DNA from: Octopus bimaculoides
Lineage: Eukaryota
Reading direction: 5' to 3'
DNA: 64,000 nt
Assembly (NCBI RefSeq): GCF_001194135.2
Contig: NC_068983.1
Location: forward strand, 60,255,151 to 60,319,150
Below the pieces are notes generated by a model. It did not search any database and was not told the DNA's origin. It saw only the letters and a list, made by a program, of their open reading frames with translations. A program made the translations under genes and the position numbers. How positions within the stretch are numbered: position 1 is the stretch's first letter; every line of letters begins with the position of its first letter. This document shows, in pieces, positions 60,101-64,000 of this stretch.

Positions 60101-61536
60101 TCATTTTGCTTCTTAACTCCTTTGGTTTTAGTTTCAATCCCACTGCACAGCACCTTGGCCAAGCATCTTCTACTCTAGTCACTGTCCAACCAATACCTTA
60201 ATGGATTTGGTAAATGGAAATTGTGTGGAAGCCCATCAAGCATGTGTGTGTCTTTGTGCCAGTGTTTATGTTTGTCCTCCCCATATCACCACCTCCATCT
60301 GACAAGCAGTGTGGGTTTGTTTATATCCCTGTGACTTAGCAGTTCTGCAAAAGAAACTGATAGAATGAGTTCCAGGCTTAAAAATAAGTATTAGGGTAGG
60401 GGTCAGGGGTCAGTCTGTTCAAATAGGTGATGCCCCAGCATGGCCATAGTCCAATGGCTGAAACAAGTAAAAGACCTAATCAGGAAGGAAATGTTGTGTC
60501 TATGATGTTTGTTCTCTGACCATGACTATTGAAATCAAGGCAGTTGATGTTCTGTTCTGCTCCATAAAGCAGCGCACTGCCAGAATCGTTAGTACACCAG
60601 ACAAAGTTCTTAGCAGCATTTCATCCATCTTTACATTCTGAGTTCAAATTCTGCCAAGGTTGACTTTGCCTTTCATCTTTTCAGGATTGATAAAATAAGT
60701 ACCAGTTGAACACTGGAGTTTATCTGATCGACTTACCCTGCCCTTAAAATTTCTGGTTTTGTACCAAAATTTGAAACCAATATCTGCTACTCTATGTCCG
60801 CTGGAGAAACAGAAGGTTGACATCTTTCACCCTTTTGTTATCAACCCGGTTGAAACCAGCTCTGGCTCTGTAGTACAAATATTTTGTTTTCATAAGTTTT
60901 GGATTAAAATTTTCTGCCAAACCTTAGTCACAATTTATGCTCCTAACACTAGCTGAATGATAACGAAGTTATTTTATTAAAAATTCTTTGTTATATTTAA
61001 AGTAATTGAAAGAAACACAGAGCATCTCAATAGAAATATGGTAACGAAAGGGTTAAAAGAAGGTTTGTGAATAATGGCTGGTGCAGTGTCATTCGTTTCC
61101 ATGGATGCAAGTGTGGGTTGGTGACAGGAAAGGCATCCAACCCATGTGAGTGTGAAATAATGTGGATGTTAAGGCTGTGTGTGTGTGTTGACAACCAGTG
61201 TTAGTTTGTTTACATCCATGTAACTTAGCTGTTTGGCAAAAGAGACCAATAGAATAAGTACCAGATTTTTTAAAAATGTTCTGGGGTCGATTTGTTTGAT
61301 TAAAGCCATTGAGGCAGTGCTCCAGCATAGCCACGGACCAATGAATGATACAAAAGATAAGACGCTTCCGATATTGTTCCATTCATTTCCCCTCACCCAT
61401 TTCTGTTTACAGTTGTCAATCCTGACTGTGTTCCGTGTAAAGTGGAAATGGAAGGAAATCGACCAAGTCCTGAAGATTTTAAGAAATATCTACCATGGTT
61501 TTTGGATGCCATACCCAGTGTGCAATGTTCGAAAGG
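10336..61536 (+). CDS. NPC1: NPC1-family lysosomal sterol transporter, 5'-complete and 3'-partial. join(10336-10395,27586-27742,35736-36735,39536-39668,40694-40920,42624-42721,46661-46821,47920-48048,48792-48974,50426-50540,52425-52552,54184-54318,55581-55670,58535-58725,59825-59946,61413-61536)
   Basis: 16 exons with GT-AG introns and matching phases give one open frame of 3053 nt. It encodes a signal peptide, the Cys-rich N-terminal domain (CVWYG...CC...RCPSCFYN), the middle luminal domain, the sterol-sensing domain ([22 protein letters not shown]) and the start of the Cys-rich loop (WLDDYFDW). Assignment to NPC1 versus an NPC1-like paralogue needs a phylogeny. Confidence 0.96.
12101..12165 (+). 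ncRNA. Degenerate type I hammerhead motif 1 (sense to NPC1)
   Basis: CTGAGGA-GAGGCTCC-ttta-GGGGCTTC-GAAAC, with distal stem I GGATTTCC/GGAATCC. The cleavage triplet reads GCA (U16.1 to C). Confidence 0.6.
12215..12255 (+). ncRNA. Degenerate type I hammerhead motif 2 (sense to NPC1)
   Basis: GGC-C(A)TGACGA-AGGG-aaatag-CCCT-GAAAC-TCGA-GTC-GCC. Stem III is palindromic and the triplet is GUC, but one extra A sits inside the CUGA turn. Confidence 0.6.
12702..12753 (-). ncRNA. Type I minimal hammerhead ribozyme with intact core (antisense to NPC1)
   Basis: Minus strand: CACT-CTGAAGA-GATC-GGCCA-aactac-TGGCT-G-GATC-GAAAC-GTGC-GTA-AGTG. All canonical core nucleotides are present. Confidence 0.8.
13080..13490 (+). 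repeat. Unclassified repeat family (CCTGTACCCAGATATGCATCTATATATACATGTAGATGTAGG unit), two tandem copies; inverted copies at about 22040-22290 and 22810-22960
   Basis: Direct sequence matches among four copies. Confidence 0.8.
15251..15482. mobile_element. hAT/Charlie-type MITE
   Basis: TIRs CAGTGATTCTCAAC / GTTGAGAACCATTG; diverged 8-bp flanks AGCCAGAC / GACCAAAC. Confidence 0.75.
23526..23568. repeat. (ATTGC)n pentanucleotide microsatellite
   Basis: Direct inspection. Confidence 0.95.
26020..26740 (-). mobile_element. Penelope-like element remnant (RT thumb plus GIY-YIG endonuclease) ending in a hammerhead relic
   Basis: Minus-strand fragments LMENSYP (NGYP-like), [19 protein letters not shown] (C..Y-I-G-like) and [14 protein letters not shown] (GIY-YIG C-terminus-like), with stops and frameshifts. 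CTGAAGA-GGTC lies at 26061-26051. Confidence 0.7.
27586..27742 (+). CDS. NPC1: NPC1 exon 2 ([15 protein letters not shown]...DYCPTLYKG)
   Basis: TTTTTTGAAAG acceptor, G|GTAAAT donor, hallmark CVWYG-x-C motif. Confidence 0.95.
28430..28800 (-). mobile_element. RTE-clade LINE remnant (post-RT region)
   Basis: Minus strand encodes [37 protein letters not shown]...HPTKKQLY...[12 protein letters not shown]...ELASDLLL, matching the RTE C-terminal consensus. Confidence 0.85.
29115..29349 (+). mobile_element. tRNA-derived SINE family B (Deu/Nin-like central domain), young copy nested in a family A SINE; many other copies (e.g. 57686-57880 -, 63735-63958 +)
   Basis: Has a B-box-like GAGTTCAAAT and a central GTCGACTTTGCCTTTCATCC...GGTCGATAAA. 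It interrupts family A at TAAGAA, which is duplicated. Confidence 0.85.
29641..29998 (-). mobile_element. Penelope-like reverse transcriptase remnant (MGSxDGAEVCELVG / GLYRDDGL type)
   Basis: Minus strand: [10 protein letters not shown]...AWVK...[25 protein letters not shown]...IGLYRDYGL...QLGLKTTVE. It has stops and frameshifts, and the catalytic DD is changed to DY. Confidence 0.85.
33395..33796 (-). mobile_element. tRNA-derived SINE family A, near full-length copy; many others (e.g. 19250-19610 +, 26985-27327 +, 42890-43205 +, 44065-44430 -)
   Basis: Head GGCTGTGTGGTAAG...GGTTCAGTCCC, CORE-like ACCTTGGGCAAGTG, tail GAAACAAGTAAAAGAGTAAAAGAG. Repeated many times in the window. Confidence 0.9.
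35110..35188. repeat. (GCAC)n microsatellite
   Basis: Direct inspection. Confidence 0.95.
35736..36735 (+). CDS. NPC1: NPC1 exon 3, 1000 bp (rest of NTD, TM1, Pro-rich linker, TM2, start of middle luminal domain)
   Basis: TTCTTTCAG acceptor, AG|GTAAGT donor. Encodes TTCCNN...RCPSCFYN...[11 protein letters not shown]...TNPVLLWS...YFDANF. Confidence 0.97.
37960..38032 (+). pseudogene. tRNA-Phe(GAA) pseudogene in NPC1 intron 3
   Basis: 73 nt colinear with the canonical metazoan tRNA-Phe, with an intact anticodon arm TTAGA-CTGAAGA-TCTAA. About 10 substitutions versus the recalled vertebrate sequence weaken the acceptor, D and T stems. Confidence 0.85.
39223..39450 (+). mobile_element. Mariner-derived MITE with transposase C-terminal remnant
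   Basis: About 30-bp TIRs (TTTGGTTGTCCGGAAAGTTCGTGCTGATTT / AAATCGGCACAAACTTTCCGGAAAACCCAA) with flanking TA. Internal [26 protein letters not shown] resembles the mariner C-terminus. Confidence 0.85.
39536..39668 (+). CDS. NPC1: NPC1 exon 4 ([12 protein letters not shown]...DKDFMHE)
   Basis: Long pyrimidine tract plus GAAG acceptor, GAG|GTTAGA donor. Matches the PFFRTEQLII motif of NPC1; phases 2/0 fit. Confidence 0.92.
40694..40920 (+). CDS. NPC1: NPC1 exon 5 (VLDLQNAI...DICFSPL...[13 protein letters not shown]...HIETCA)
   Basis: TTTTTCAG acceptor, AT|GTATGT donor, 227 bp. Confidence 0.96.
42624..42721 (+). CDS. NPC1: NPC1 exon 6 (NPTLMNDTS...[10 protein letters not shown]...LGG)
   Basis: TTTTACAG acceptor, A|GTATGT donor, conserved CxGxFGGPV motif. 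Confidence 0.94.
46661..46821 (+). CDS. NPC1: NPC1 exon 7 ([13 protein letters not shown]...AWEKKFI...ISFSAE)
   Basis: TCTGCAG acceptor, GAG|GTAATT donor. Confidence 0.95.
47920..48048 (+). CDS. NPC1: NPC1 exon 8 ([11 protein letters not shown]...[15 protein letters not shown]), start of sterol-sensing domain
   Basis: TTTTCTCAG acceptor, TTT|GTGAGT donor. Confidence 0.96.
48792..48974 (+). CDS. NPC1: NPC1 exon 9 (IDSKITLG...[23 protein letters not shown]), SSD core
   Basis: TTTTCAG acceptor, CAG|GTAAGT donor, 183 bp, with the GVDN motif. Confidence 0.97.
49160..49557 (+). mobile_element. Repeat family C (RTE-type 3' end with (GAT)n tail and internal tandem units); others at about 20-290 +, 50740-51262 +, 58845-59300 -, 61632-62030 +
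   Basis: Shared GGCGTTAGGAAGGGCATCCAGCTGTAGAAAC...CCAACCCATGCTAGCATGGAAAGCGGACGTTAAACGATGATG in many copies. Confidence 0.88.
49577..49786. mobile_element. piggyBac-type MITE; relatives at about 21505-21722 and 55770-55950
   Basis: TTAA|CCCTTTAGCATT ... AATACCAAAGGG|TTAA, with TTAA on both sides. Confidence 0.8.
50426..50540 (+). CDS. NPC1: NPC1 exon 10 (RDVGDP...[18 protein letters not shown])
   Basis: TTTTAG acceptor, G|GTAAGT donor, 115 bp. Confidence 0.96.
51916..52122. mobile_element. hAT/Charlie-type MITE
   Basis: Perfect 14-bp TIRs CAGTGGTTCCCAAC / GTTGGGAACCACTG; flanks GTCTATAC / GTCTGATC. Confidence 0.85.
52425..52552 (+). CDS. NPC1: NPC1 exon 11 ([16 protein letters not shown]...[21 protein letters not shown])
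   Basis: ATTTAG acceptor, AAA|GTAAGT donor, 128 bp. Confidence 0.96.
54184..54318 (+). CDS. NPC1: NPC1 exon 12 ([10 protein letters not shown]...YVRPII)
   Basis: TTTTCAG acceptor, ATT|GTGAGT donor, NRLDxxCC motif. Confidence 0.95.
55581..55670 (+). CDS. NPC1: NPC1 exon 13 (VVVFSLWF...[13 protein letters not shown])
   Basis: TTGCAG acceptor with a weak pyrimidine tract, AAG|GTAAGG donor, 90 bp, [10 protein letters not shown] motif. Confidence 0.93.
58535..58725 (+). CDS. NPC1: NPC1 exon 14 (DSYVLQYF...GPPVYFVV...GCNSDSL)
   Basis: TTTTTAG acceptor, TA|GTAAGT donor, 191 bp. Confidence 0.96.
59825..59946 (+). CDS. NPC1: NPC1 exon 15 ([20 protein letters not shown]...CCR...FC)
   Basis: TTTGAAAG acceptor, G|GTAATT donor, WxDDYFDW motif. 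Confidence 0.95.
59973..60058. repeat. (CT)n-rich tract 27 bp downstream of the exon 15 donor
   Basis: Direct inspection. Confidence 0.95.
60830..61052. mobile_element. piggyBac-type MITE, second family
   Basis: CCCTTTTGTTATC ... GGTAACGAAAGGG|TTAA; aligns along its length with 62752-62972. Confidence 0.8.
61413..61536 (+). CDS. NPC1: NPC1 exon 16 (VVNPDCVPC...FKKYLPWFL...QCSKG)
   Basis: TTTACAG acceptor, GG|GTGAGT donor. I found no next exon (expected GHAAY-like) before 64000. Confidence 0.94.
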
Positions 61537-62751
61537 GTGAGTTAGTTTTCTGTAACATCTAGCTTTCAATTAAAGTTAAAACAAGTACAAAGATAAATTT
61601 TTTTCAACGCGTAAATACTGAACAGTATATCATTGCCAGTGCCGATGGACTGGCTCCTGTACAGGTGATACGTAAAATACACCAATTCGAGCGTGGTCGT
61701 GGATCGTTACCAACGTTGCCTTCCTGGCACGTGAAAAGACATTCGAGCAAGATCGTTGCCAGTGCCCCTGGACTGGCCCTTATGCAGGTGGCATGTAAAA
61801 TACACCATTTTGAGTGTGGCTGTTGCCAGTACCTGCCTGACTGGCCCTCGTGCCGGTGGCACGTAAAAGCACCCACTACACTCTCGGAGTGGTTGGCGTT
61901 AGGAAGGGCATCCAACTGTAGAAACTCTACCAAATCAGATTGGAGCTTGGTGTCGCCTCCTGGTCCACCAGTCCTCAGTCAAATCGTCCAACCCATGCTA
62001 GCATGGAAAGCGGACGTTAAACGATGATGATAAAACCCTTTTAAGAGCAGTTGCTGGCAAATTTTTCTGCTCTTAAAAGGATTTTATCCTTTATANNNNN
62101 NNNNNCGAGCAAGATCGTTGCCAGTGCCCCTGGACTGGCCCTTATGCAGGTGGCATGTAAAATACACCATTTTGAGTGTGGCTGTTGCCAGTACCTGCCT
62201 GACTGGCCCTCGTGCCGGTGGCACGTAAAAGCACCCACTACACTCTCGGAGTGGTTGGCGTTAGGAAGGGCATCCAACTGTAGAAACTCTACCAAATCAG
62301 ATTGGAGCTTGGTGTCGCCTCCTGGTCCACCAGTCCTCAGTCAAATCGTCCAACCCATGCTAGCATGGAAAGCGGACGTTAAACGATGATGATAAAACCC
62401 TTTTAAGAGCAGTTGCTGGCAAATTTTTCTGCTCTTAAAAGGATTTTATCCTTTATATATATACTGTTCAGTATTTATGTGTTGAAAAAAATATATCTTT
62501 CTACTTGTTCTACAATACATTTCAATGCTTCAAAAGCAAACTTATTTTTGTTTAGATATGACGTAAAGTTAAAACAATTTTAGAAAAGCCATCTGTGTAT
62601 CATCAGTATTAGTCTTTATGACAAATAAGAGTGTTGTAGTTTGCTTGAAGCATTGTAGTACAGAAGTGGAATAATAAATGAAAAGAGAAATGAAGAAAGC
62701 TTCTAAGAATGCAGAGACAAAAGTTGAAAAAACCTCACCTGAAATATTTAA

Positions 62752-62972
62752 CCCTTTCAATACCAACCCGGATGAAACCTACTCTGGCTCTGAGTACAAA
62801 TGTCTTGTTTCCATAAGTTTTGAATTAAAATCTTCCACCAAACCTTAGTCACAATTTATGTTCCTAACACTAACTTAATGATAACTAAGTTATTTTACTA
62901 AATTCTTTGTTATATTTAAAAATAATTGAAAGAAACACAGAGCATCTCAACAGAAATATGATAACAAAAGGT
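62752..62972. mobile_element. piggyBac-type MITE, second family
   Basis: TTAA|CCCTTTCAATACC ... GATAACAAAAGGT|TTAA. Confidence 0.8.
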
Positions 62973-64000
62973 TTAAAGGTTTTTCAACTCTTATCTCTGC
63001 ATTGTTAGAAGCTTTCCTCATTTCTCTTTTCAAATAAAAGCAATTTTTCTTATTAATATTATAAGGCAGTGAGCTGGCAGAACCATTAGCCTTGTCAAAT
63101 AAAATACTTAGTGGTATTTGTTTGGCTTTACATTCTGAGTTCAAATTCCACCAAGGTCGACTTTTGCTTTTCTTCCTTCTAGGATCAATAAAATATGTAC
63201 CAATCAAGTACTGGAGGTTGATTTAATCAACTAGTTTCCTCTCCCAGAATTTCAGACCTTGTGCTTATAAGAATTAGCATTAATATTAGAAGACAGCAAG
63301 GCAGTGAGCTGGCAGAATCATGAGCACACCAGGCAGAATGCTTAGCAACATTCCATCTGTCTTTATGTTCTGAGTTCAAATTTCACTGAGGAATGAAACA
63401 AGTACCAGTTGTGTACTGAGATCAGTGTAATCAACTAACCCCTACACACACACACACACACACCAAAAGGCTTGCCTTGTGCCAAAATTTGAAACTAATA
63501 TTATAAGACAGTGATCTGGTAGAATCATTAGTGCATCAGATGAAATGCTTGATGACTTCCCTTCCAGCTCTTTATTTTCTGTATTCAAATGCCATCAAGG
63601 GTCAACTTTCAGGCTGGATAAATAAAGCACAAATTGAACCCTGGGGTCAATGCAATCGACTTACTGCTTCCCTCTAAAATTTCTGACCTTATGCCAAAAT
63701 TCAAAACCATTATTAATTAATATTATATATTTAAGGCAGCGAGCTGGCAGAAATGTTAGCACACCGAGCGAAATGCTTAGTTATGTTCTGAGTTCAAATT
63801 CCGCCGAGGTCAACTTTGCCTTTTATCCATTCGGGGTCGATTAAATAAGTACCAGTTACACACTGGGGTTGATGCAATCGACTTAATCCCTTTGTCTGTC
63901 CTTGTTTGCCCCCTCTATGTTTAGCCCCCCCACCCTGTGGGCAATAAAGAAATAAACAAATATTAAAAAAATTTTTTTTTTTATGTAATTTTATACTAAT

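Noticed and set aside
62520-62740. Candidate NPC1 exon 17 after TTTGTTTAG at 62555
   Set aside because: Frames are closed or lack the expected GHAAY...YFMTYHT sequence. The next exon is probably beyond the window.

Overview
AT-rich, repeat-dense animal genomic DNA with five assembly gaps. The SINE families present look like those of octopus, which is an inference from repeat recognition. The main feature is a plus-strand NPC1 (Niemann-Pick C1 sterol transporter) gene. I reconstructed 16 coding exons from 10336 to 61536; all introns are GT-AG, phases are compatible throughout, and the joined CDS is 3053 nt (1017 codons + 2 nt) with no stop. The remaining 3' exons lie beyond the window. Upstream are the terminal exon of another gene (PAN/apple-like Cys pattern, 1157-1386), a decayed CCHC zinc-knuckle ORF1/gag element, and an LTR-like element carrying two CLEAR-type E-boxes. 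Introns hold three tRNA- or RTE-related SINE families, mariner/hAT/piggyBac-type MITEs, RTE and two kinds of Penelope-like remnants, and a tRNA-Phe pseudogene. The most interesting non-coding signal is a set of type I hammerhead-ribozyme folds: an atypical G3:C8 variant at 698-748 (-), two damaged sense-strand motifs at 12101-12255 in NPC1 intron 1, an intact-core antisense motif at 12702-12753, and a relic near 26020-26065. Also notable are a pre-miRNA-like hairpin (13725-13792) and a Thr at the position of human sterol-binding Q79. All alignments and folds were done by eye, and human reference details are recalled rather than searched.
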